64,000 bases of DNA from Planctomyces sp. SH-PL14 (lineage in GTDB: Bacteria > Planctomycetota > Planctomycetia > Planctomycetales > Planctomycetaceae): contig NZ_CP011270.1 of the NCBI RefSeq assembly GCF_001610835.1, forward strand, positions 7,871,256 to 7,935,255, in the 5' to 3' direction. Below are positions 26,329 to 34,276 of the stretch, piece by piece. The translations under genes and the position numbers were made by a program. The stretch's first letter is position 1. Each line of letters starts with the position of its first letter. The notes beneath the pieces were generated by a model that saw nothing but the letters and a program-made list of their open reading frames with translations, was not told where the DNA came from and ran no database searches.

Positions 26329-26380
26329 TCATTGGTGTCCTGAAAGGGAAGTGGAAGAGGGACGAACCGGAGAGCGTCGA

Positions 26381-26593
26381 CTACTTCGGCAGGCGAGAGA
26401 TCGGCTTCCGAGGCCACTTGGCGGCGTCGAACCTCGCCTGCATCCTTGCGGCCTCAGCCTTCGCTGCGGTGGCCTCCGCCTGAGCCTTCCTCAAGTCCGC
26501 CTTCGCGACTTCGAGCTTCCGCACGAGGGCGGCCTCTCGCATCGCATCTGCAGCCTGAAACGAGCTGGGCTTCTTGATTCGGGAAACGTTCAC
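26381..26593 (-). CDS. Small coiled-coil protein (hypothetical)
   Basis: 70-aa Ala/Lys-rich ORF. The iteron-like repeats lie in its upstream region. Confidence 0.35.
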   Translation of the reverse strand: MNVSRIKKPSSFQAADAMREAALVRKLEVAKADLRKAQAEATAAKAEAARMQARFDAAKWPRKPISRLPK

Positions 26594-26611
26594 TTCGAAC
26601 TCCTGGGGGTT

Positions 26612-26806
26612 GGAATGGACAACGACTTCAACGACTTCAACGGTTTCACCCGGGTATGTGTTCCCGCCGAGGGGCCGTTGAATGTGGGTTTGAGAAGAGA
26701 AAACACGCCCGTGTGAAGCCGTTGAAGTTGTATAAGTCGTTATATGTATTTCTAGAAAACAGACTTACATCACCGACGACTTCACACATTTCAACGACTT
26801 CATCAC
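26612..26806. repeat. Iteron-like cluster of >=8 copies of the 9-mer AACGRCTTC in direct and inverted orientation around an AT-rich core (candidate element origin/Rep-binding region)
   Basis: AACGACTTC|AACGACTTC|AACGGTTTC at 26621-26647. Inverted GAAGCCGTT-GAAGTTGT-ATAAGTCGTT at 26716-26744. AT-rich TATATGTATTTCTAGAAAAC. GACGACTTC...AACGACTTC at 26776-26803, overlapping the stop of the primase-like gene. Confidence 0.5.
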
Positions 26807-28335
26807 GAGGCTGCGGCAGCCAGCTCACCGACGGCGACCGGCTCGGCCGGAGCGAACGCGGCGGCATAGAAGGTCGCCGTCCTGCTCTTCCCGCTCATCG
26901 TCTGGACTTTCCGAATGATGTCCGTCGCCTCAAGCTCGGTGACCAACTCGTAGCGATAGCGGGCACCCATTCGCTGAAACCGGATGGTGACCTGTGACTG
27001 CGTCGCTCCGCCGCGTCCCTTCTCAGTGATGAACGCGACAATGGCCGCCTTGTCTCGCTCACGTTCGTTCTCGCCGACCTTCGATGCACACTTCATGTTT
27101 GCAACGGTCAGCCAGTCGGTGAGGGCGATCGCCCAATCCATGTGGGCCTTCTCGATGCTGAAGTCTCGGTCGATGGGGACCTGTGAGGCCGCGAAGATGA
27201 GGGCGAGACTGCTGGCCCGTTCCGCGGCTCGGGCGTAAATCGAAGCTCCCTCGTCCTCGGTGTAGGTGGCCGCCAGGACGTCGCACCGGCGGCGGAACCG
27301 TTCCCAAGCGAGCTTGGCTTCCGGCGTCACGGGAATCGTCCGCATCTCGCCGGGCTCCCATGTCACGTCGCCCTCATGGGGCCGGTATTTCGCCGCAACC
27401 TTCATCCGGTTGAGGAGGGGCTCCGGGATCGGGACAGCTTCGACGCTCTGGTGGAGCGGTCGCGAGCTGTCGTCGCCGTAGAACACGAACCGCGAGTTGA
27501 ATCCGTCTCGGTTGTTCTCCGCCGTCAGGAATCGAAGCGACTCCGGCGTGCCGGTCGCATAGATCACCAAATGCGGCATGTCGATGACGCGGTCCTTGTC
27601 TGAATCGGCGAACTTCTTCGGGACGAAGTTGCGGAGACCGCAGGACGTGAACAACCGCATGATGAGAGAGATCAGCAGCACGAGGGGGCCGGACGCCTTT
27701 TCGTCGTTGGCGACCCTTAGGAACTTCCCGAACTCGTCGAGGGGCCACAGACCGGCCGGTTGCGTGCTGAGGGCGTCTGCCAACGCGGAATCGCTCGTCA
27801 TGTCGCCTGGCAGGATGTACTCGGGACAACCGGCGGCCGTGGCGACCTCATTGAACGCCTCCAACACGCGGTTCTTACCGGCTGCGGACTTCGCGAACGT
27901 CGCAACGAAGATGTTGCCCTTTGCCCCCAGCGACCTTTTGATCTTGCGGCCGATGAGGCACGAGACGAGGCAGATGCCCCCCAGCAGAGCGAGGACGGGC
28001 TGCGGACGCGGGGACGTCCGGACGGTGTAGTAGGCGAAGTCCACCAGGGCGCCGGCGTGTCCGTAGAACTCGCGGGGGAGTCCGTCCTGACCCGGCTCGA
28101 TTTCGAACTCATTGCACATGGTCGAGACGAACTCATCGAAGCTCGCCTCATCGGGAATGCCGTAGTGGCGATGGCCGCTGTGGTCGTCGACGTAGTCTCT
28201 CAGCTCATCGGCCGACCAATCACGTTCCCTTGTCAGTCGTGCGATTGCCTTGATCGACGCCCGCATGAAGAGCTTGTCGAATCGGGACGATGGGTTGCCC
28301 GCGAGAAACGACAGGTCGCGGCTTTCAAAATCCAT
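26803..28335 (-). CDS. Element replication/primase-like protein (DUF3987-like; function inferred from context)
   Basis: 510-aa ORF at the far end of the island next to the AlpA-like gene, as in P4-like islands. Degenerate P-loop-like FAKSAAGKN. No confident catalytic motif. Confidence 0.5.
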   Translation of the reverse strand: MDFESRDLSFLAGNPSSRFDKLFMRASIKAIARLTRERDWSADELRDYVDDHSGHRHYGIPDEASFDEFVSTMCNEFEIEPGQDGLPREFYGHAGALVDFAYYTVRTSPRPQPVLALLGGICLVSCLIGRKIKRSLGAKGNIFVATFAKSAAGKNRVLEAFNEVATAAGCPEYILPGDMTSDSALADALSTQPAGLWPLDEFGKFLRVANDEKASGPLVLLISLIMRLFTSCGLRNFVPKKFADSDKDRVIDMPHLVIYATGTPESLRFLTAENNRDGFNSRFVFYGDDSSRPLHQSVEAVPIPEPLLNRMKVAAKYRPHEGDVTWEPGEMRTIPVTPEAKLAWERFRRRCDVLAATYTEDEGASIYARAAERASSLALIFAASQVPIDRDFSIEKAHMDWAIALTDWLTVANMKCASKVGENERERDKAAIVAFITEKGRGGATQSQVTIRFQRMGARYRYELVTELEATDIIRKVQTMSGKSRTATFYAAAFAPAEPVAVGELAAAAS

Positions 28336-28456
28336 TTGGCTCGTTGCCTTCCGTTCACCTGAGAGAGTGTTTGAAGGCCGAGTGGGGAAGGCGAAGAACC
28401 CACCCGGCCGCCGCGGGACATGACCCCCGTGGTTTACGGTGCTGCGGACGATGCCG

Positions 28457-28702
28457 TTACGCGGACTGCGTCGTCGCCTTGCCGGGCTTCCGCTTCGGGC
28501 AGCCCGCCGCGAGCCAGGCGTCGATCGACAATCGCGTCCATCGTTTCAGCTTCCCGAAACGAACCGGCTGCGGAAGAGTTCCGTCCGCGTCCATTCGGCG
28601 AACCTGTCGGAGCGAGATCCCGATTCGCTTGGCGAGGTCCGCCGCCGAATGCGTGTCAGCATGGGTGGCGGGCGGCGTCTGATGGATCGATTTCATGTTC
28701 AT
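28457..28702 (-). CDS. alpA: AlpA/excisionase-family HTH regulator
   Basis: ...AADLAKRIGISLRQVRRMDADGTLPQPVRFGKLKRWTRLSIDAWL matches the AlpA/HTH_17 pattern (LxxxLxxSxxTIYRxxxxGxFPxPxKxGxxxxRWxxxExxxWL). Confidence 0.75.
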   Translation of the reverse strand: MNMKSIHQTPPATHADTHSAADLAKRIGISLRQVRRMDADGTLPQPVRFGKLKRWTRLSIDAWLAAGCPKRKPGKATTQSA

Positions 28703-28946
28703 CGCGTGTTCGATTGGTGTCTTTGAGTGTCCCTCTATAGAACCCGGGACTGTGGCCTCTGGTTTTCGCGCCGTAAGGGGTTGCGTCGACGCCAGTCGTT
28801 CCCGAATCGGCGCAAGTTATGTAAGGCTCCCCTGATAAAACCTGGGTCAATCTCGAAGATCGACGTAAGCGTTTCGGAACGCCTGGGCGCACATCTGGAC
28901 TGCCCTGGAAACGAAAAGACCCGCCATTTGGCGGGTCCGATGCGAT

Positions 28947-29771
28947 TCAGAAGCGTTGTTTCTTGGGCTTCTTTCTGGACTTGGCCCTTCGACGTTTTTC
29001 GCCCAGTTCCTGAGCGTCCTGACGCTTCATCCGTCCCCAATCGTCCTCCATCCAGCTCATGACGCGGTCGACCCGTGGCACCGTCCTCTTGTCTGTGTCG
29101 TTGGGGTCGACTTCGCTGGACCCCCAAAAGCTGAAGATCCTCAACCGCTTCAGACCAGACTGATCATCGTACCCCAGGTGATCGGAGATGGCCTTGTTGG
29201 TCATCTTGCCGCCGGAGTGGAACAGAAGCCCCGTGGCGATGACGTCCTTCCACTCGTCTCCGATCCGATCAATCGTGCCTTTGAAGTCGATCTGCGCCTC
29301 CTCTTCGGGCGAGTCCGGATGAAACACCATCTGCAGACGGATGCGGCGAATCAGGATGTGGGCGACGTCGCGAGCCGTATGCCAGCGGTCCCATAGACGG
29401 TCCGGAATCAGCCGCAGTTCTCCAGAGACCGGCGAAGCGTCGTGGATCGCCTCCAAGGCGTCGCACGCCCCCAGGAAGGGCGTAGTGTCGAACTGACGCG
29501 AATGGTCGCACCACGTTGCCAGGATGTTCGTCAGCGCACGGAACTCGGGCAGCTCCTCAAGGGCGTAGCTGGTCGCATCGTCCGGATCGGCGTCCTTCTG
29601 GCTCGGCCCCCAATTCGAGAGCCAGAGCCAAAGTTCCAAGAGGGTGTCGAGCGGCTCGCGGCCCTTGCCGAGCTTCTCGGCCCACGCCCTTCGCGACGCA
29701 GTTTCAGACAGCAGCCCTTTCGCGTAGCTCGCCCATTTGTCGACGTCTCCGCCGAAGTCGCTGACCTTCAT
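28947..29771 (-). CDS. Hypothetical protein (island-border gene)
   Basis: 274-aa ORF. No motif recognised. Ends KKPKKQRF. Confidence 0.5.
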   Translation of the reverse strand: MKVSDFGGDVDKWASYAKGLLSETASRRAWAEKLGKGREPLDTLLELWLWLSNWGPSQKDADPDDATSYALEELPEFRALTNILATWCDHSRQFDTTPFLGACDALEAIHDASPVSGELRLIPDRLWDRWHTARDVAHILIRRIRLQMVFHPDSPEEEAQIDFKGTIDRIGDEWKDVIATGLLFHSGGKMTNKAISDHLGYDDQSGLKRLRIFSFWGSSEVDPNDTDKRTVPRVDRVMSWMEDDWGRMKRQDAQELGEKRRRAKSRKKPKKQRF

Positions 29772-29892
29772 CGTGAACCTCTTTCATCCTGACGGGGTCC
29801 AGAACATGCGTCCCGGGCCGCCTGTAGTGTGCAACGAAGTGTGCAGATTCGAAACCGGCCCTGTTTCCCTTGGGAATCGCAGCAGGTTTCAG

Positions 29893-29907
29893 GTCCATCC
29901 GGGATCA
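29893..29907 (+). repeat. attR-like direct repeat of the tRNA-Val 3' end (GTCCATCCGGGATCA)
   Basis: Exact 15-mer copy of 13849-13863. Flanking bases also partly match (TTCAGGTCC vs TTCGAGTCC). Confidence 0.55.
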
Positions 29908-29983
29908 GTTTTTTTGAGTGGTCAGTTTTCAGTCGTCCGTTGTCAGTCATTCGGGATCAGAAGCATCGCCGGAGAGACATCAA

Positions 29984-30057
29984 GTCCTCGTGGAGTAGCC
30001 CGGAGTACTCGCACCCTGTCACGGTGGAGATCGGGGGTTCAAATCCCCTCGGGGACG
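29984..30057 (+). tRNA. tRNA-Asp (anticodon GTC)
   Basis: Acceptor GTCCTCG/CGGGGAC, D-stem GAGT/ACTC, anticodon arm GCACC-CTGTCAC-GGTGG (one G-G mismatch), T-arm GGGGG-TTCAAAT-CCCCT, discriminator G. Confidence 0.7.
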
Positions 30058-30163
30058 CCTTTTCGCTCGCGCCGTGCGGGCGGAGAAGGGCCGCGGGAGT
30101 GTGTGTGCGTCTGGAAAGTCAGTGATCTGCCTCTCGGGCGGTGAAGCGTGATCGGCGGGAATC

Positions 30164-30289
30164 GGGAGGGCGAAGCTCCTGCTGAGCCGCGCAGGCTCCT
30201 GACCGCGTCCAGTCTCTCCTTTGGCCTGTGTCCAAAAATCATCGAGCGCGTCGGCCACCGCCGCGGCTCAGCAGGAGCCTCGCCCTCCC
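30164..30289. repeat. Long imperfect hairpin: 28-bp inverted repeat (GGGAGGGCGAAGCTCCTGCTGAGCCGCG / CGCGGCTCAGCAGGAGCCTCGCCCTCCC) with 70-nt spacer between tRNA-Asp and tRNA-Tyr
   Basis: Arms 30164-30191 and 30262-30289, one mismatch. No ORF, no T-tail. Confidence 0.6.
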
Positions 30290-30370
30290 GGCAACATCAA
30301 CTTTCGGGATGCACACTCCATCCGACTTGCTCGGGTCGAGAGCGGTGCCGTCCATTTCATTGAGCAACTT

Positions 30371-30452
30371 GCGTCGGCTGGGCATTGGTGAGCCCTGGTG
30401 GCCGTAACCCACCCGCCTTCAGGCTGTGGCGGTTCAACTCCGTCCCGACGCA
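30371..30452 (+). tRNA. tRNA-Tyr-like (anticodon GTA), class II, non-canonical C8 and C33
   Basis: Acceptor GCGTCGG/CCGACGC, D-arm GGGC-ATTGGTGA-GCCC, anticodon arm GGTGG-CCGTAAC-CCACC, 14-nt variable arm, T-arm GGCGG-TTCAACT-CCGTC, discriminator A. Confidence 0.5.
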
Positions 30453-30491
30453 CTTTCGATTGCCTGGCGTTTCGCCCCGCGATCAGTTTCA

Positions 30492-30577
30492 GGAAGGGAG
30501 CCGGATACGGTTTGCCGGGCCGGCTTGCTAAGCCGTGCGGCCTCCGGGCCATGAGGGTTCGAGTCCCTCGCCTCCCG
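30492..30577 (+). tRNA. tRNA-Ser-like (anticodon GCT), class II; acceptor stem has mismatches
   Basis: Anticodon arm CCGGC-TTGCTAA-GCCGT, long variable arm GCGGCCTCCGGGCCAT, T-arm GAGGG-TTCGAGT-CCCTC, G73. The 5' acceptor GGAAGGG vs 3' GCCTCCC leaves two mismatches. Confidence 0.45.
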
Positions 30578-30683
30578 CTCATAGGAACTGGGCTACAGAT
30601 GAACGCCGATGATCACGGCTCAAGAGAGGGATCTCCAACTTCCGCCGCGGAAAACTGAAGACTGAAAACCAACAACTGACAAC

Positions 30684-30755
30684 CGTCCTCGGAGTGTGAG
30701 GGACAGCACGCGACCTTGCGAAGGTCGTAGATCAGGTTCGACTCCTGGCGAGGAC
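30684..30755 (+). tRNA. tRNA-Arg-like (anticodon GCG), otherwise canonical cloverleaf
   Basis: Acceptor GTCCTCG/CGAGGAC, D-arm GTGT-GAGGGACA-GCAC, anticodon arm CGACC-TTGCGAA-GGTCG, T-arm TCAGG-TTCGACT-CCTGG, discriminator A. Position 8 is G, and a GCG anticodon is unusual. Confidence 0.5.
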
Positions 30756-30798
30756 ATCGGAGCTGCGGCTCCACAGACGGAGCTGCGGCTCCTTCAAC

Positions 30799-30870
30799 GA
30801 CGCTGATGCCAGACGGTCTGGCGGCGGCCTGCAAAGCCGCCCCGCGCGGGTTCGACTCCCGACAGCGTCT
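30799..30870 (+). tRNA. tRNA-Cys (anticodon GCA)
   Basis: Acceptor GACGCTG/CAGCGTC, D-arm GCCA-GACGGTC-TGGC, anticodon arm GCGGC-CTGCAAA-GCCGC, T-arm GCGGG-TTCGACT-CCCGA (one mismatch), discriminator T. Position 8 is A. Confidence 0.55.
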
Positions 30871-30976
30871 CTTTCAGGCAAGAACCGTTGCCCCCTCTTT
30901 CCAGCGGCGGACGGCCGCCCCTTCCCGGGGTTCGGCCCGTCTGTTCCGGACATGGTTTGTGACTGGAGGGGATCGA

Positions 30977-31049
30977 TGGCGGTTAGCTCAGCAGGTAGAG
31001 CACCAGACTCAGAATCTGGACGTCGCGGGTTCGACTCCCGTACCAACGC
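30977..31049 (+). tRNA. tRNA-like gene with class-I architecture but anticodon CAG (Leu) and two acceptor-stem mismatches; possible pseudo-tRNA
   Basis: D-arm GCTC-AGCAGGTA-GAGC, anticodon arm CCAGA-CTCAGAA-TCTGG, T-arm GCGGG-TTCGACT-CCCGT. Acceptor TGGCGGT vs ACCAACG pairs poorly. No long variable arm. Confidence 0.35.
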
Positions 31050-31444
31050 CGGCTAGTCACCGGCAGCACCCGGGGGTCTCTCAGGAGACCTCCACCATGA
31101 AGCCCCAGGGAGAAGAGCGTCTGCTGGATCGGCCTGTGTTGCGGTTCGCCGCGGCGAGGCAGCATGGCCAGCGGCCCTGAAGGGCGCGGAGTCCGCCGCG
31201 AGCCTCGTTCGGCAACGGGGCGTCTACGGTCCGATCGATGAGTCCCGCGGTTCGCCTCGGGTCGAAGACCGGTCTCGAAGACGCCTCGGCACCGATCGAA
31301 GCCACGGCTCAACCGCCCTCCGCCGCGATCCGTGTGATCGGCAGCTGTCTCGTCTGTCTGGGGTGTTTCTTCAAGCAAGCGCGTGTGCGCAGAAAGACCG
31401 GGGCCGGATGCTCCGGGCGGCTGGTCCTCCGAAAGGGGAGGTGG

Positions 31445-32554
31445 ATGATGATGTTCCTCAAGCGTTTCAAGATTCGCAGCTATCAGGTCGGCCTCCTGTT
31501 CCGGGACGGCGAGTTCCGCGGACTGCTGGAGCCCCGCACGCACTGGTTCACCGATCCGAATGGCGAGGTCCACGTGGACGTCGTCTCGCGGCGCGAGCCG
31601 TGGCTCGTCCACGAGCAGCTCGACCTGATCGTCCGGTCGGGGGCTCTCGAAGGGCGGGCGATCGTGCTCGACCTCAAGGACCACGAGCGGGCCCTGGTCT
31701 GGATCGAGAACCGGTTCAGCCATGTCCTGCCGGCGGGTCTCTACGCCTACTGGACGGGCCTCAAGGAAGTCCGCGTCGAGGTGGTCGATGCCCGCGGCGT
31801 GCGGTTCGAGCACGCCGACCTCAAGCTCATCGCGCGGTCCGCGATGGCGCAGCGGGTCCTCGACGTCTGCACCGTGCAGCGCGACCACGCCGGCGTCCTG
31901 TTCATCGACGGCCGCTACGTCGACACCCTCGCTCCGGGGCTCTACGCCTTCTGGAAGGGAGAGTCGGACGCGGTCGTCGTCGAGGTCGATCTGCGGGAGA
32001 CCGTGATCGACGTCGGCGGCCAGGACGTGATGACGGCCGACAAGGTGACGCTGCGGCTGAACGCCGTCGTGACCTGGAAGGTCGTCGACCCGCGGAAGGC
32101 GGCGAGCTTGGCGGACGACGTGCGGCAGGCGCTCTACCGCGAGACGCAGCTTGTGTTGCGGGGCGTGGTGGGAACGCGCGAGCTGGACCAGTTCCTGGCG
32201 GAGAAGGATGCCGTGGCGAAGGAGATCGAGGAGGCGGTCCGCCGGCGCGCCGGCGAGCTGGGCCTCGAGATCGCGTCGGTCGGTATCCGGGACGTGATCC
32301 TGCCGGGGGACATGAAGGACCTCATGAACAAGGTCACGGAGGCGAAGAAGGCAGCCGAGGCGAACCTGATCGCGCGGCGCGAAGAGACGGCGGCGATCCG
32401 CAGCCAGGCCAACACGGCCAAGCTGCTGGCGGAGAACCCCGTCCTGATGCGCCTGCGGGAGCTGGAGGTCCTCGAGAAGGTGGCAGCGGGTGGCAAGCTG
32501 AGCGTCGTGCTGGGCGAGAAGGGCCTGGCGGACCAGGTGGTCAACCTGCTGTAG
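31445..32554 (+). CDS. SPFH/band-7 domain protein (stomatin/flotillin-like)
   Basis: RBS GGAGG-4-ATG at 31445. A long SPFH domain (...LRLNAVVTWKVVDPRKAASLADDVRQALYRETQLVLRGVVGTRELDQFLAEKDAVAKEIEEAVRRRAGELGLEIASVGIRDV...) plus a C-terminal coiled coil. Confidence 0.85.
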   Translation: MMMFLKRFKIRSYQVGLLFRDGEFRGLLEPRTHWFTDPNGEVHVDVVSRREPWLVHEQLDLIVRSGALEGRAIVLDLKDHERALVWIENRFSHVLPAGLYAYWTGLKEVRVEVVDARGVRFEHADLKLIARSAMAQRVLDVCTVQRDHAGVLFIDGRYVDTLAPGLYAFWKGESDAVVVEVDLRETVIDVGGQDVMTADKVTLRLNAVVTWKVVDPRKAASLADDVRQALYRETQLVLRGVVGTRELDQFLAEKDAVAKEIEEAVRRRAGELGLEIASVGIRDVILPGDMKDLMNKVTEAKKAAEANLIARREETAAIRSQANTAKLLAENPVLMRLRELEVLEKVAAGGKLSVVLGEKGLADQVVNLL

Positions 32555-32853
32555 AGAACGTTGCTTTCCGACGCGGCCGGTGGTTCGAGCACTCGAACCA
32601 CCGGCTTCGTTCCTGCGCCACCGGATTCAGGGCCATAGTCCCGGCTGGGAAAACGGATGGTCCTTTGGGCCGCCATGCCGGATGTCCGCCGTCGGCGGAA
32701 GGAGATTGGACAGCGAATTCCGGCAGGAGCGGCGCTGCGACTCCGAACGCCCATCGGCAAGGAAAAACACTGACTGCGGGCCTCGCTTTCGGCGCATCGG
32801 CTTCGGGCCGAATCTGGTAGAATTCGGGCCGTGTTGACGGTCGGGCCAGGACG

Positions 32854-34025
32854 TTGTTGACGGGGCTCGAGAACGCTCAAAGAGGCGATGGGATGGCGGA
32901 GTCCAGCACGGCTCAGATCCTCGCGCAACTGGCTGCGCGGCGCCTGACGGGGCCGGAGTTCGATCCGCCCGCTCTGCAGCGGTCCATCCGGATGCGGGCC
33001 TCGATGTATGTCGGCGGGACCGATGCGCGGGGGCTGCACGAGACGCTGCTGAGGCTGGTCGACATCTCGGCCGACGAATTCCTCCACGGAGCCCAGTCCC
33101 TGGAGGTCACGTTGCGGGACGGACTGGCGACGATCGCCGACGACGGTCCGGGCCTTTCCGGAACGCCGATCGCCGCGCTCGACGGGCAGTCGCTGCCACG
33201 ACCTTCCTTCTCGACGGCCGGCTCCGTCACGACGGAGCAGCGCGATCCGTGATCGACATCCCGGCGGCGGCCGCTCTCGCGGAGACGTTTCGACTCGAGT
33301 CCTGCCACCAGGGACGGCGGTTCGACTTCTCCATGATCCGCGGTGCCCCGACCGGTCCGACGCATGACCTCGGACCGACGGAGCGGCAGGGAACCCGCTT
33401 CGAATGGCGTCCCGATCCCGTGATCTTCCGTCAGCCGACGCTCGACGCTGACCTGGTCCGGGACCGGCTCCGGTTCCTCGCGGCGTACCGTCCCGGCCTC
33501 GTCGTCGGCTTCGAAGGGGAGGACGGTCGTCGCGAACGCTTTTCCTGTCCTGCCGGAATGGCGGACCGGGTCCGCGCTCTGGCGGCCGGCCGCTCCGCGT
33601 ACCAACCGGTGTTCGCTGTGCAGGCCCGGATTCCAGGGCTCGCGCTCGACGTCGCCTTCCAGCACGTCCGCGGCGAGGAGACCGTGATCGAGACTTACGC
33701 CAACGGCCGCCGGACGACCGGCGACGGAGCCCACTGGCGCGGCTTTCAGCGGGGTGTCATCGGCCTGCTCCGCGCGAAGGCGCGGGAGCGCGCGGAGCAC
33801 GAGCCGGTCCGCGTCGACAGCCCGTCGTTCGAGCGGGGGCTGATCGCCGTCCTGAGCGTCGACGCCGCGAACCTCCAGTTCGAGTCGCCGACGCGCGACC
33901 GGGTCACGAACGGTGAGATCGAGGAGCGGGTCGCCGCCGCGGTCCGCACGCAGCTCGGCGTGTGGCTCAGCGAGCATCCCTCGCTTCTGGAGACACTGCT
34001 GGCCCGTGCCGGGCGGTGCGATTGA
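32854..34025 (+). pseudogene. GyrB/ParE-like GHKL ATPase N-terminal domain, degenerate and split into two ORFs by a frameshift at ~33250 (no Toprim domain)
   Basis: ORF1 ...SIRMRASMYVGGTDARGLHETLLRLVDISADEFLHG...TLRDGLATIADDGPGL resembles GyrB ...VRKRPGMYIG...GLHHLV.EVVDNSIDE...DNGRGIP. ORF2 ...GRRFDFS...GTRFEWRPDPVIF... resembles ...GGKFD...GT.V.F.PD..IF. The ORFs overlap by ATGA in different frames. Confidence 0.5.
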
Positions 34026-34276
34026 TTCGGCAAGCTGGTACGACTCGTCAAAGCGCGGCCCCCTGCCCCTGGAGACGACTGTCGGGGACTGTGCCATCAG
34101 GGGGCTGACGCCCCCCGCTCGCCTTGTCGCCACGACGGGCGGACCAGGCCTGTGCCGGGCGGCGCGATCGATTCGGCAAGCGGGCCCGACTCGTCAAAAC
34201 GCGGCCCCCTGCCCCCGGAGTCTGACTGTCGGCGACCGTGCCATCAGGGGGCTGACGCCCCCCGCTCGCCTTGTGG

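Larger units (their letters stand above)
13849..29907. mobile_element. ~16-kb integrated genomic island at tRNA-Val, bounded by a 15-bp direct repeat GTCCATCCGGGATCA (13849-13863 and 29893-29907)
   Basis: A tyrosine integrase abuts and overlaps the tRNA-Val 3' end. An AlpA-like excisionase and a primase-like gene sit at the far end, with a lower-GC segment at 16.5-19.7 kb. The direct repeat of the tRNA 3' end lies just before tRNA-Asp. Confidence 0.65.

Noticed and set aside
31363-32820. 485-aa plus-strand ORF overlapping the SPFH gene in another frame
   Set aside because: Arg/Gly/Pro-rich low-complexity product. The SPFH frame has a strong RBS and a recognisable domain.
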